Of a stretch of 64,000 nucleotides of DNA, positions 9,588 to 19,636 are shown one piece after another. Made by a program: the position numbers and the translations under genes. Origin of the DNA: Candidatus Moraniibacteriota bacterium (GTDB lineage Bacteria > Patescibacteriota > Minisyncoccia > Moranbacterales > JAPLXC01); NCBI GenBank assembly GCA_026396275.1, contig JAPLXC010000019.1, positions 355 through 64,354 of the forward strand, given 5' to 3'. The notes beneath the pieces were generated by a model, which saw nothing but the letters and a program-made list of their open reading frames with translations, did not search any database and was not told the DNA's origin. Position 1 is the stretch's first letter. Every line of letters begins with the position of its first letter.

Positions 9588-12374
9588 ATGATAATGTATA
9601 AAATGCAAAAGCGTATCTATAATTTAACTCCCGAAGAAGTATTGAAGAAATTCAATGCTTCTTTAAATGGTCTTTCAGAAGAAGAATTAAAAGCGCGGCT
9701 TAAAATTTACGGCTGGAATCAGATTGAAAAAAAAGCGCGGTGGAAGTGGCTGAAACTCATCTTTAATCAATTTAACGACGCACTGGTTTTGATCTTGCTA
9801 GTCGCGGCGTTTTTGGCGCTGCTTTTTCATGAATACCGCGACGTAACGATAATTTTGATTATCGTTTTTATTAACGCGCTCATCGGATTTTTCCAGGAAT
9901 TCAAGGCCGAGCGCATCTTGGATAGCATTAAAAAGTTTACCACTGATAAGGCACTGGTGATTCGCGGCAGCATAAAAAAGGAAATTGACTCGCGCTGGAT
10001 AGTGCCAGGAGACATAATTTTTTTAACAGCGGGTGATAATATTCCGGCCGACGGTTATCTTCTGGAAAGCTACGGACTGCGCGTCAACAGTTTCATTTTT
10101 ACCGGTGAGTCAAAACCGGAAACAAAGTCCTCCAAAGTTCTAGCGGATGAGAACATAGTATTGGCCGATGTTGACAACATGATTTTTATGGGTGAAACCG
10201 TGACGACAGGAGAAGGAAGATTTGTCGTGACTGCAACAGGAATGAATACAGAACTGGGAAAAATTGCAGGCCTTACCCAGAAAGTGAAAGACGAGTTGAC
10301 ACCGCTTCAGAAACAAATGCGAAAACTGGGCAAGGACGTCACTATTTTGGCAGTGCTCATTGGGATATTGGTAATGATCGCCGGCCAATATTTCAAATTA
10401 TCATTATATGAAAACTTCCTGTTTGCTTTAGCGCTTGCCGTTTCGGTAGTGCCGGAAGGACTTCCAGCAGCGATTTCAGTGGCTCTTTCACTGGGAATGA
10501 AACGCCTGCTCAAGAGCAATGTTTTAGCCAAAAAGCTGAACGCTGTGGAAACACTGGGGTCAGTTTCTGCGATTTGCACCGACAAAACCGGAACAATTAC
10601 CAAAAATGAATTGACGGTAACGAAAATTATAATTGACAACCGAATTATTAATGTAACTGGCGAGGGCTATAAACCGGAAGGAAAATTCAGCATTAACGGA
10701 AAAATAATTAATGCTCAGGAAATAAGAAATTTTGATTTGCTTTTTAAAATCGGAACGCTTTGCAACGACGCTAGTTTAGTGAAAGAAAATGGCACCTATA
10801 AAATCCTGGGCGATCCGACAGAAGGAGCAATAATTGTAGCCGGCAAGAAATTTAATCCAAAGGATGGCATATACGAAATCGGCGAGTATAAGATTAATGA
10901 AAATCCCTTCTCTCCCGAGCGGCGAAAAATGAGTGTAGTATTCCGGAATAAAAACACAGTTTCTTATGTCAAAGGATCGCCGGATGTGATGCTGGATTTG
11001 TGTGTTCAAAAAATGGCTGGCGATAAAATAGTTGGGTTTACCCAAGAGGAGAAAGAAAAAGTGAAAGCAATTTATAATGAAATGTCTTCCCGGGCGCTTC
11101 GCGTTCTTGCTTTTGCTTATAGGAATTTAGATGAGTTTCCTGAAAATAAGTACCTTGAGGAAAGTGAGAGAAATTTAATCTGGGTTGGCATGATGACTAT
11201 GATTGATCCGCCGCGGAGAGATGTAGCGCGGGCAATCGGACAATGCAGAAGTATGGGAATTAGAGTAATTATGATTACGGGGGATTATGAAGTGACGGCG
11301 CGGGCGATTGCCGAGCAAATAAAACTTATAAACAGAGAAACTGAGCAACTAAGCAACGATAATCTGGTTATTAATGGAAAAACATTAAACACATTAAGCG
11401 ACAAGGAAATTTATAATAAAATTAAAAACGGCGCGCGTGTTTTTGCCAGAATTGCCCCGGAACAAAAACTGCGAATTGCCAATATTTTGAAAAACAACCA
11501 TGAAGTTATTGCGATGACCGGAGACGGCGTTAATGATGCGCCGGCGCTCAAGCGCGCCGACATTGGAGTGGCAATGGGGATTATTGGCACGGATGTTTCC
11601 AAAGAAGCTTCAGATATGATTTTATTAGATGATAATTTTGCTTCTATTGTGGAAGGAATAAAAGAGGGGCGCACTATATTTCAAAATCTCAAAAAATTTG
11701 TTCATTATGTTTTTACCTCGAATGGAAGCGAATTGTTTACTGTGGTGTTTGGAGTTTTGCTGGGCATTCCATCGCCAATAACCGCCATTCAAATTTTAGC
11801 CACCGATCTCGGAACCGATATTTTTCCATCTTTTTCGCTAGGCATTGAGCCGGCCGAGCCGGATCTGCCGGCTCGCCTCGATAAGACCGAGTCGGAGCAG
11901 GCTGCCGGAGAAAAAAATAAAATAATAAGCAGCAAGCAAAAAGTGATGACATGGAAAGGTTTTCGGAGGATAATTTATATAGGAGTGATTATGGCAACGG
12001 GGGCAGTAGCGGCATTTGTCTGGTCTATGCTTCGGGGCGGCTGGTACTTTGGAGAATCAATCGTGTCCGATTCTTTGCTCTATATACAATCTACAACCGC
12101 GGCCTACGCGGTCATATCCATGACTCAAATGGCAAATCTTTTACAATCCCGAAGTGAAAACTTGTCGCCTTTTAAACTAGGATTTTTTAAAAATAAATAC
12201 GCCATCGGCGCGATATTTATTTCTGTCGGAATTCTGCTATCCTTTATATATCTTCCATTTTTCCAAAAATATCTCCACATGCATCCGATTGTGTGGCAGG
12301 ACTGGCTGATTGTCATTGTAACCACCCTTTTGGTATTTTTATGGGAAGAAGCAAGGAAAGCAGAGGAGCGTTAA
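9588..12374 (+). CDS. P-type cation-transporting ATPase (type II, Ca2+-like)
   Basis: TGES, PEGL, DKTGT, KGSPD, DPPR, TGD and GDGVNDAPALK motifs. The start may be a slightly later Met. Confidence 0.96.
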   Translation: MIMYKMQKRIYNLTPEEVLKKFNASLNGLSEEELKARLKIYGWNQIEKKARWKWLKLIFNQFNDALVLILLVAAFLALLFHEYRDVTIILIIVFINALIGFFQEFKAERILDSIKKFTTDKALVIRGSIKKEIDSRWIVPGDIIFLTAGDNIPADGYLLESYGLRVNSFIFTGESKPETKSSKVLADENIVLADVDNMIFMGETVTTGEGRFVVTATGMNTELGKIAGLTQKVKDELTPLQKQMRKLGKDVTILAVLIGILVMIAGQYFKLSLYENFLFALALAVSVVPEGLPAAISVALSLGMKRLLKSNVLAKKLNAVETLGSVSAICTDKTGTITKNELTVTKIIIDNRIINVTGEGYKPEGKFSINGKIINAQEIRNFDLLFKIGTLCNDASLVKENGTYKILGDPTEGAIIVAGKKFNPKDGIYEIGEYKINENPFSPERRKMSVVFRNKNTVSYVKGSPDVMLDLCVQKMAGDKIVGFTQEEKEKVKAIYNEMSSRALRVLAFAYRNLDEFPENKYLEESERNLIWVGMMTMIDPPRRDVARAIGQCRSMGIRVIMITGDYEVTARAIAEQIKLINRETEQLSNDNLVINGKTLNTLSDKEIYNKIKNGARVFARIAPEQKLRIANILKNNHEVIAMTGDGVNDAPALKRADIGVAMGIIGTDVSKEASDMILLDDNFASIVEGIKEGRTIFQNLKKFVHYVFTSNGSELFTVVFGVLLGIPSPITAIQILATDLGTDIFPSFSLGIEPAEPDLPARLDKTESEQAAGEKNKIISSKQKVMTWKGFRRIIYIGVIMATGAVAAFVWSMLRGGWYFGESIVSDSLLYIQSTTAAYAVISMTQMANLLQSRSENLSPFKLGFFKNKYAIGAIFISVGILLSFIYLPFFQKYLHMHPIVWQDWLIVIVTTLLVFLWEEARKAEER

Positions 12375-12416
12375 ATTGCTATATGGTTAAATTGTTACAT
12401 TGTTGAAAGTTTTTTT

Positions 12417-13346
12417 ATGCTGGAAATTAAAAAAAATGTTTTAATGAAAAATTATACCACCTTCCGCATCGGCGGACCGGCGAAGTTTTTCGCGGAGGTA
12501 AAAAGTAAGGAAGAGCTACTTGAAGCGTTAAAATATGCAAAGGATAATAAGCTTGATTTTTTTATCCTTGGCGGGGGCAGTAATTTACTAGTGAGCGACA
12601 AAGGATTCAGTGGGATTGTAATTAAAATACATGATACATCATACATGATACATAATACTTTGATAAAATGTGACGCCGGAATTCCACTCGCGCTTGTTGT
12701 TAATTTAGCCACACAAAATAGTTTATCCGGCATGGAATGGGCGGCGGGGATTCCGGGAACAATCGGTGGAGCTATAAGAGGCAACGCAGGAGCGTTTGGG
12801 GGTTGTGTGGCGGATGTGATTGACACAGTCAAGGCCTTGGATACTAACAACTTACAACCTGTAACCTACCGCAAAGAAGATTGCCAGTTTAAATATAAAA
12901 ACAGCATTTTTAAGCAAGATCCGAATCTGATAATTATGTCGGCAATAATTAAACTGCAATCAGGAAATAAAGAGGAGAGCCAAAGGAAGATTCAGGAAAT
13001 TATTGCTAAAAGATCAACCCGGCATCCTTTGGACTTGGGAAGCGCCGGGTCGTTTTTTATGAATCCGGTGGTGGCAAGTGAAGAATTATGTAAGAAATTT
13101 GAAGAGGAAAGTGGCAGCTGCTGTGAAGGGAGAAGAATTCCAGCCGCCTGGCTTGTTGATCAGTCAGGTCTCAAGGGCAAAAAAATCGGCGGAGCAATGG
13201 TAAGTGAAAAACACACCGGCTTCATTGTTAACACTGGTAACGCTACTGCTGAAGATGTTATAATACTGGTAAGTTTAATTAAGCAGCAGGTGAGGGATAA
13301 ATTCGGGGTGGAGTTAATAGAAGAAGTACAGTATCTCGGGTTCTAG
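12417..13346 (+). CDS. murB: UDP-N-acetylenolpyruvoylglucosamine reductase
   Basis: TTFRIGGPA, GGGSNLL, GIPGTIGGAIRGNAGAFG, SAGSFFMNP, SEKH. Confidence 0.97.
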   Translation: MLEIKKNVLMKNYTTFRIGGPAKFFAEVKSKEELLEALKYAKDNKLDFFILGGGSNLLVSDKGFSGIVIKIHDTSYMIHNTLIKCDAGIPLALVVNLATQNSLSGMEWAAGIPGTIGGAIRGNAGAFGGCVADVIDTVKALDTNNLQPVTYRKEDCQFKYKNSIFKQDPNLIIMSAIIKLQSGNKEESQRKIQEIIAKRSTRHPLDLGSAGSFFMNPVVASEELCKKFEEESGSCCEGRRIPAAWLVDQSGLKGKKIGGAMVSEKHTGFIVNTGNATAEDVIILVSLIKQQVRDKFGVELIEEVQYLGF

Positions 13347-13349
13347 TCT

Positions 13350-13426
13350 TTACGAATTACGAATTTTGTACGAATATACAAATATTTTTTTAATTAGTAT
13401 ATTAGTATTTGATTAGTAATTAGTAA
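13350..13426. repeat. TACGAAT/ATTAGTA bipartite element, copy 1
   Basis: Four TAC(G/A)AAT units followed by four ATTAGTA units. Near-identical layout at 25195-25274 and 61813-61884. Confidence 0.9.
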
Positions 13427-13439
13427 AAATTTACTCAAT

Positions 13440-13808
13440 ATGACAGTTGAAGACATGAAGTTTATGCGCTTATTTTTTAAAGGCGTGAAGATCGACGAGC
13501 GCACGGAAGAATATATTAGAAAGCGGCTGGCAACTATTCAGCGGTTTCTCCCTAAAATTTTGCGGGCAGAAGTTGAAATAGACCTTGATAAAAAAGGAAA
13601 ATTTCGAGTGGAGGTGATGTTAAAAACACCATATCGGCTATACCGGGCTGAAGATATAACTGAAAGCATCGAGGGCTCTGTTGATTCTGTCGCAGAGGAT
13701 CTCAGGACTCAGATTAATCGAAGCAAAGATCGTCTAATATCACTTCGTCGCCGCGGCGGGCGGTCTATCAAGAAAAAAGCGGTGATTGACGAAAACGCGC
13801 GGTTTTGA
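13440..13808 (+). CDS. hpf: Ribosome hibernation factor HPF/RaiA (short form)
   Basis: Family pattern: M(R)L..KGVKIDE..EEYIRKRL...AEVEI...FRVEV...AE...SIEGSVD; upstream of secA. The start may be 13455 or 13464. Confidence 0.85.
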   Translation: MTVEDMKFMRLFFKGVKIDERTEEYIRKRLATIQRFLPKILRAEVEIDLDKKGKFRVEVMLKTPYRLYRAEDITESIEGSVDSVAEDLRTQINRSKDRLISLRRRGGRSIKKKAVIDENARF

Positions 13809-13931
13809 GTATATATCGAGGTTCAACCCCCATAATTTACTGTGCTGTGCATAACCTGAATTTTGCCAATTTTTTCGTGGTAAAATAGAGAATAGCTAAT
13901 AATAACCAACTTTACTTCCATATTACCTAAT

Positions 13932-14333
13932 ATGGTAGCAGAACAAAAAACAAATATGCAAACCCAAATCAAAACCTGGCTGGGAGTGGTAATTATTATC
14001 ATCTTGGCCATCACTGCGGGTGTATTTGTCTGGCTGGCGCAGAAGAATCAACCGGAAATAATTTCGCCTCCGATACAGCCACCGATTAGCAAGAACCAGA
14101 AATTCTGCACCCAGGAAGCAAAAATTTGCTCCGACGGAACCTCCGTCGGCCGCACCGGACCCAACTGCGAATTCGCGCCGTGTCCCAGTGAGACGAATTG
14201 TGCCAAAGAAGGGGAAAGCATTGGAGCGGTATATCCAGGAGTGGTGCTAAAAGAGTGTTGCGATGGACTAACGCCGATTATTCCCAAAAACATAGTTGGC
14301 ACGCAGGGAATCTGCACGAAGGTGAATAATTAA
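13932..14333 (+). CDS. Membrane-anchored Cys-rich exported protein
   Basis: N-terminal TM helix; CTQEAKICSDGTSVGRTGPNCEFAPCP plus a second Cys cluster. Confidence 0.8.
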   Translation: MVAEQKTNMQTQIKTWLGVVIIIILAITAGVFVWLAQKNQPEIISPPIQPPISKNQKFCTQEAKICSDGTSVGRTGPNCEFAPCPSETNCAKEGESIGAVYPGVVLKECCDGLTPIIPKNIVGTQGICTKVNN

Positions 14334-14453
14334 ATTTCCACTTTCAAATTCACAAACTAGCACTACCATAGATATATGGAAGAAAATATAAAAGCCCCTC
14401 ATCTTTGACCTGGGAGGCTTTTTTTGGTATGATTATTGGGTTATAATTGGTAG

Positions 14454-14511
14454 TGTCATCCCGAACTTAATTCAGGATCTAATTAGATTCCGGATCGAGT
14501 CCGGAATGACA
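14454..14511. repeat. TGTCAT...ATGACA double-hairpin REP/RPE-like element
   Basis: TGTCATCCCGAACTTAATTCAGGATCT-AATT-AGATTCCGGATCGAGTCCGGAATGACA; close to 54436-54503. Confidence 0.9.
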
Positions 14512-14520
14512 AATTTCATT

Positions 14521-17187
14521 ATGTCCCTATTTAAAAAAGTTTTTGGCTCTAATGAAAGAGAACTGAAAAAACTTCGGCCGCTAGTGGAAAAAATCAACGT
14601 GCTGGAGCCGGCTGTTAGCAAGCTTTCCGACGAAGAGCTGAAAAATAAAACAACTGAATTTAAAGAACGTTTAAATCCGCCAGCCAGTGGAGGCGAGGCG
14701 CTGGATGATTTGATTCCCGAGGCCTTTGCGGTAGTTCGTGAAGCCGCCAAACGTGTTATTGGCGAGCGGCATTTTGACGTGCAACTTATGGGCGGAATTG
14801 TGCTTCATCAAGGAAAAATCGCCGAGATGAAAACCGGTGAAGGAAAAACACTAGTATCAACGCTTTCGACATATTTAAACGCGCTTACCGGAAAGGGAGT
14901 GCATATCGTGACAGTCAATGATTATCTGGCCAAGCGTGACTGCAATTGGATGGGAGCAATATATCACGCTCTGGGAATTTCCACCGCCTGCATCGTTCAT
15001 GACACCTCTTATCTTTATGAACCAAAAATTGTTGATGCCGATGAAGTAAGCGTGGAAATGGAAAACCTCAAACCCGTTTCGCGCCGCGAGGCCTACAGTG
15101 CCGATGTTACTTACGGAACCAATAATGAATTCGGTTTTGACTATCTTCGCGACAATATGGTTCCGGGTTTAGATCAAATGACCCAGAGAGAATTAAGCTA
15201 CGCTATTGTGGATGAAGTGGATTCTATTTTAATTGACGAAGCGCGTACTCCTCTTATTATTTCCGCTCCCGACACGGAATCCACTAAGCTCTATCGTGAA
15301 TTCGCGCGAATCGTTCCGCGGCTGAAAGTCAAAGATGACTACGAAGTGGATGAAAAAATGAAAGCGGTAACTCTCACTGAAAAAGGCATTACTAAAGTAG
15401 AAGAACTGCTGGGAATCGGAAATATTTACGAGCCGGGAAAAATAACTTATGTTCATCATCTGGAGCAGTCGCTAAAAGCCAATGTTATTTTCAAACTTGA
15501 CCGCGATTACGTTGTGAAAGACGGGCAGGTGATTATCGTTGACGATTTCACGGGGCGCTTGATGCATGGCCGCCGCTACTCCGAAGGACTTCATCAGGCC
15601 ATTGAGGCCAAAGAAGGAGTAGAGGTGCAAAAAGAATCGCGCACCTTGGCCACCATTACTTTTCAAAATTATTTCCGGATGTATGGAAAACTAGCGGGAA
15701 TGACCGGAACAGCGGTAACCAGTGCGGAGGAGTTTTCCAAAGTGTACAAACTGGAGGTGATGGAAGTTCCAACCAACAAGCCAATGATCCGCAAGGATTT
15801 TCCTGACGTTGTGTACAAAAGCGAAGAGGGCAAATTCAAGGCGATTGTTGAGAAAATAAGGGAACTTCATCAGGCCGGCCAGCCGGTGCTGGTGGGAACC
15901 ATCGCCATTGAAAAATCAGAGTATTTGAGCGAACTTCTTTCCCGGGAGGGAATTACGCATGAGGTTTTAAACGCCAAGCACCATGAAAAAGAAGCTAATA
16001 TTGTGGCCAAAGCAGGGCAAAAAGGAGCAGTAACTATCGCCACTAACATGGCTGGGCGGGGTACTGATATTAAACTGGGAGAAGGCGTAAGAGAACTGGG
16101 CGGACTTTGCATAATTGGAACCGAACGCCATGAAGCCCGCCGGATTGATAACCAGTTGCGGGGACGCGCTGGCCGCCAAGGCGATCTGGGCGCGTCTCAA
16201 TTTTACGCTTCGCTCGAAGATGAATTGATGCGCCGATTTGGCGGTGATAAGCTGCACAATATGATGAATACCCTAGGACTACCCGAAGATCAGCCGATTC
16301 AGAACGCCATTATTTCCAAATCAATCGAAAGTGCGCAGTCAAAAATAGAAGGATTTAACTTTGATATCCGCAAACACGTTTTGGATTATGACGATGTGAT
16401 GAATAAGCAGCGCGAAGTTGTCTACAAAAAGCGACGCCAGATTCTTGAACTGGAGGAAACAAAAAACGAAATTTTCAACTTTCTTTCGGAGGAGCTGGAA
16501 AAAATTGTTTCCCTCTATTGTACCAAAGAGGATTACCAATGGAATACCGAAGGCATTATTGCGGAAGTCAGCACAATTTTTCCTCTTAACGGCGATGATA
16601 AAAAACAATTAGATATAATCCGGGACGATAAGTCAAAAGACGATGCCGAAAAAATCAATTCCCTGATTGAATATCTTTTAGGACAGGCGAAGAAAGTTTA
16701 CAATCAAAAAGAGAAGGAAATTGGAGAAGAAACAATGCGCCAGGTTGAGAAAATGATAATTCTCCAAACAATCGACATGCTTTGGATGAACCATCTGGAC
16801 GAGATTGATTATCTGCGCCAAGGGATAGGACTGCGCGGTTACGGCCAGAGAGATCCTTTGATTGAGTACAAAAGGGAAGCGTTCAATATGTTTTCCCACT
16901 TAATGGATAATGTCCGGTCCACCATTGTGCGGACAATATTCAGAATTAGCCCGGTCCGGCGGGAAGGCGAGCAGCGTGAATTAACGGAGCGGCAGAACTT
17001 ACAGTTTAAGGGAGCAAATGATGCGGTAGAACAGTTTGGAGCGGCTAAGGAAATGCAGTCCTCTTCAGGCGGGGAAGCAAAAAGTGAAGCCAAACAGAAG
17101 CCAATTATAAATAAAAACAAAGTGGGCCGCAACGATCCCTGCCCGTGCGGGAGTGGCAAAAAGTATAAGAAGTGTTGTGGAGCGTAG
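14521..17187 (+). CDS. secA: Protein translocase subunit SecA
   Basis: [37 protein letters not shown]-terminal SEC-C ([13 protein letters not shown]). Start set at 14521 because the ATG at 14506 lies inside the repeat. Confidence 0.98.
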   Translation: MSLFKKVFGSNERELKKLRPLVEKINVLEPAVSKLSDEELKNKTTEFKERLNPPASGGEALDDLIPEAFAVVREAAKRVIGERHFDVQLMGGIVLHQGKIAEMKTGEGKTLVSTLSTYLNALTGKGVHIVTVNDYLAKRDCNWMGAIYHALGISTACIVHDTSYLYEPKIVDADEVSVEMENLKPVSRREAYSADVTYGTNNEFGFDYLRDNMVPGLDQMTQRELSYAIVDEVDSILIDEARTPLIISAPDTESTKLYREFARIVPRLKVKDDYEVDEKMKAVTLTEKGITKVEELLGIGNIYEPGKITYVHHLEQSLKANVIFKLDRDYVVKDGQVIIVDDFTGRLMHGRRYSEGLHQAIEAKEGVEVQKESRTLATITFQNYFRMYGKLAGMTGTAVTSAEEFSKVYKLEVMEVPTNKPMIRKDFPDVVYKSEEGKFKAIVEKIRELHQAGQPVLVGTIAIEKSEYLSELLSREGITHEVLNAKHHEKEANIVAKAGQKGAVTIATNMAGRGTDIKLGEGVRELGGLCIIGTERHEARRIDNQLRGRAGRQGDLGASQFYASLEDELMRRFGGDKLHNMMNTLGLPEDQPIQNAIISKSIESAQSKIEGFNFDIRKHVLDYDDVMNKQREVVYKKRRQILELEETKNEIFNFLSEELEKIVSLYCTKEDYQWNTEGIIAEVSTIFPLNGDDKKQLDIIRDDKSKDDAEKINSLIEYLLGQAKKVYNQKEKEIGEETMRQVEKMIILQTIDMLWMNHLDEIDYLRQGIGLRGYGQRDPLIEYKREAFNMFSHLMDNVRSTIVRTIFRISPVRREGEQRELTERQNLQFKGANDAVEQFGAAKEMQSSSGGEAKSEAKQKPIINKNKVGRNDPCPCGSGKKYKKCCGA

Positions 17188-17197
17188 GGATAGAAAT

Positions 17198-18136
17198 ATG
17201 GCATACAATCCAGAAAAACCATATAAAAATCAAATTTTAGGGCTGATTAAGAAAACCTGGCATACGCCCTATGTTTCTGTCCAGGAAGGAACATACACGG
17301 TGTTTAAGAGAAAATTTGATTATTCTGAAATCGATCATACCGATGGGATAGGTACGAAAGGAATTTACCACTGGGGTAGACGCACTTTTCGGAACGCAGT
17401 TTTAGACGCCTTAGCGATGAATTTGAATGATTTAGCAATGGCGAGGGCGATCCCATATAAACTTCAATGTCATCTTATTGTGCCAAAAGATGATAACAGA
17501 GCAATATTAGAGATTATGAAGAATCTGGTAGCGGAGTGCAAAAAACGCAATATTGTGATTACCGGCGGGGAAACGTCTATTCAGAATAATATACAAGGTC
17601 TTGACATCAGTCTGACAGTTAGTGGTTTTGTAAAAAGCGAGAAGCAAAATCAGTTTCGGGTTGGTGATGTATTGGTAGGCTTGGCAAGTAATGGAGTGCA
17701 TTCAAACGGTTTTACAACGGTACGAAAGACGCTAGGTAACAGATTTTCCGAAGCATTCACAGAGCCAACAAAGATATATATAGAAATGCTACAAGCCATT
17801 CAGGAAAAGTACGTTGTTCATGGCATGATGCATATAACAGGCGGTGCTTTCACAAAGCTGAAAAGTTTGCTTTCTAAAGCCGATGCGATTATTACGAAAA
17901 ATCATTCATTGAAACCTCAAGCTATATTCAGGAAGCTATATACACACGGGATCACAGATAAAGATATGTACAGGACTTTCAACTGTGGAATAGGGTTTGT
18001 GTTGTCAACCCCCAAAGATGACGCATTAAAAGTTGTTTCCGGAATAAAAGGCGCAGATATAATCGGAAAGGTAATACCAGGGACGGGCAAGGTGAGAATT
18101 ACCTCAATTTTTAGCGGTAAAGAGATAAAACTTTAA
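17198..18136 (+). CDS. purM: PurM-like AIR synthase family protein
   Basis: HTDGIGTK, AMNLND, GGET, SNGVHSNGFT, HITGG, MYRTFNCGIG. Divergent N-terminus; ATG at 17198 preferred over the GTG overlapping secA. Confidence 0.85.
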   Translation: MAYNPEKPYKNQILGLIKKTWHTPYVSVQEGTYTVFKRKFDYSEIDHTDGIGTKGIYHWGRRTFRNAVLDALAMNLNDLAMARAIPYKLQCHLIVPKDDNRAILEIMKNLVAECKKRNIVITGGETSIQNNIQGLDISLTVSGFVKSEKQNQFRVGDVLVGLASNGVHSNGFTTVRKTLGNRFSEAFTEPTKIYIEMLQAIQEKYVVHGMMHITGGAFTKLKSLLSKADAIITKNHSLKPQAIFRKLYTHGITDKDMYRTFNCGIGFVLSTPKDDALKVVSGIKGADIIGKVIPGTGKVRITSIFSGKEIKL

Positions 18137-18145
18137 GAGAATTAC

Positions 18146-18187
18146 TGCGGGAGCGGTAAGAAGTATAAGAAGTGCTGCGGAAAATAA
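18146..18187 (+). pseudogene. Displaced duplicate of the secA 3' end ([13 protein letters not shown])
   Basis: 31/36 nt identical to 17146-17181; all differences are synonymous. Confidence 0.9.
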
Positions 18188-18196
18188 AGTGTAGTT

Positions 18197-18664
18197 ATGA
18201 AGATTATCCAAACAGTTGCAATAATCCAAAAAGGAGATGAAATTCTTCTCGGCATGAAAAAGCGCGGTTTTGGAGCTGGAAGATGGAATGGTTTTGGCGG
18301 GAAATTAAAAGAAAATGAAAATGTAATTCAAGCAGCGCAAAGGGAGCTTAAAGAGGAAACCGGGATTGATACAGAAAATTTAATTGAAATGGGCATTATT
18401 GAATTTGAATTTAAGAGGAATCCTGATATCCTTGAAGTTCATTTTTTAAAAGGAACAGATTTTTCCGGAGCGCTGGTAGAAACAGAAGAAATGAAACCCG
18501 CTTGGTTTAAAATTAATGAAATCCCCTACGACTCAATGTGGCCGGATGATAAATTCTGGCTGCCGCTGTTTCTGGAAGGAAAAAAATTTTGCGGTAAATT
18601 CTTATTTGATAATTATAATAAAATCATTAAACATAAACTTGAGATCGTAGATAAGTTACAATAG
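18197..18664 (+). CDS. Nudix hydrolase, MTH1-like 8-oxo-dGTPase
   Basis: LLGMKKRGFGAGRWNGFGGK...AAQRELKEETG, ETEEMKPAWF, MWPDD. Confidence 0.92.
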   Translation: MKIIQTVAIIQKGDEILLGMKKRGFGAGRWNGFGGKLKENENVIQAAQRELKEETGIDTENLIEMGIIEFEFKRNPDILEVHFLKGTDFSGALVETEEMKPAWFKINEIPYDSMWPDDKFWLPLFLEGKKFCGKFLFDNYNKIIKHKLEIVDKLQ

Positions 18665-18757
18665 CTGTTTCCATATATCAATATATGAAAAGACAATACC
18701 GCATTCTAGTATACGGTATGATGGACAAGTAAGGAATAAAGGGTAAAAAAGAAAAGC

Positions 18758-19240
18758 ATGAAACCAAAATTTTCCTTTGAAAAATCAGTCGGTGGAGTAA
18801 TATTTTTTCAGGAGGAAAACACTATAAAATATCTTCTTCTCCATTATGAGTCAGGCCATTGGGATTTTCCTAAGGGCCATGTTGAAAAAGGAGAAAGTGA
18901 TGGAGAAACGCTGAAAAGGGAAATTCAGGAGGAAACCGGGATTACTGGCGTTGGGATTATCCCGGGATTTAAAAAACAGATTAGATATTTTTACCGGGCC
19001 GGCAAGGAAGAAAAAGAAAAAAGGATAAAAGAGGGCATTGGCACAAGCATTATCAAAAGGGTAATATACTACCTTGCCGAAACCAAAACCAAAGAAGTAA
19101 AAATTTCTTTTGAGCATATCGGCTTTGAGTGGCTGGCATACGACAACGCGTTAGAGAGAATTACCTACAAAAATTCAAAAGAAGTTTTAAAAGAAGCTAA
19201 TGATTTTTTGATAAATAATAAGCAGTTGAGCATTCTATAA
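18758..19240 (+). CDS. Nudix hydrolase, Ap4A-hydrolase-like
   Basis: YLLLHY..GHWDFPKGHVE.GE......REIQEETG, SFEH..FEW. Confidence 0.9.
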   Translation: MKPKFSFEKSVGGVIFFQEENTIKYLLLHYESGHWDFPKGHVEKGESDGETLKREIQEETGITGVGIIPGFKKQIRYFYRAGKEEKEKRIKEGIGTSIIKRVIYYLAETKTKEVKISFEHIGFEWLAYDNALERITYKNSKEVLKEANDFLINNKQLSIL

Positions 19241-19261
19241 ACTTAAAAATTGCACATCAAA

Positions 19262-19331
19262 TGTCATTCCTGCCTCTGAGCCGGAATCCAGAACAAATTT
19301 TTCTAGATTCCGCATCAAGTGCGGAATGACA
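19262..19331. repeat. TGTCAT...ATGACA REP/RPE-like element
   Basis: TGTCATTCC...CCGGAATCCAG...AGATTCCGCATCAAGTGCGGAATGACA. Confidence 0.9.
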
Positions 19332-19345
19332 TTAAAAAACCCCCC

Positions 19346-19579
19346 ATGACTTACAAAGGCGGAGAATATTCATTCAATGAATTATTAAAAGAGCTGAAAC
19401 AGCGGGCTAAAAAAGAATTGATACAATCCGACTACGAGTACCTGGAGTTAATTGACGGACTAATCGAAGAAAAGAAAAGCCAGGGTTATTTTTCGGAAGA
19501 CGAGGATATGGAGCAACTCAAAAGCGATCTGGAAATTATGTGGCCGGAAGTGGAAAAATATTTGCAGGATGAAAAATAG
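19346..19579 (+). CDS. Small acidic hypothetical protein
   Basis: ORF with ATG just after the repeat element. Confidence 0.65.
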   Translation: MTYKGGEYSFNELLKELKQRAKKELIQSDYEYLELIDGLIEEKKSQGYFSEDEDMEQLKSDLEIMWPEVEKYLQDEK

Positions 19580-19636
19580 TTTTAATAGTCAGGCCATTCT
19601 TGATAAATTATTTAAGCCGGGATATTATATTAAAAG

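Noticed and set aside
13350-13426. Periodic repeats as mini-CRISPR arrays
   Set aside because: Units are 7-12 bp, tandem, and lack unique spacers.
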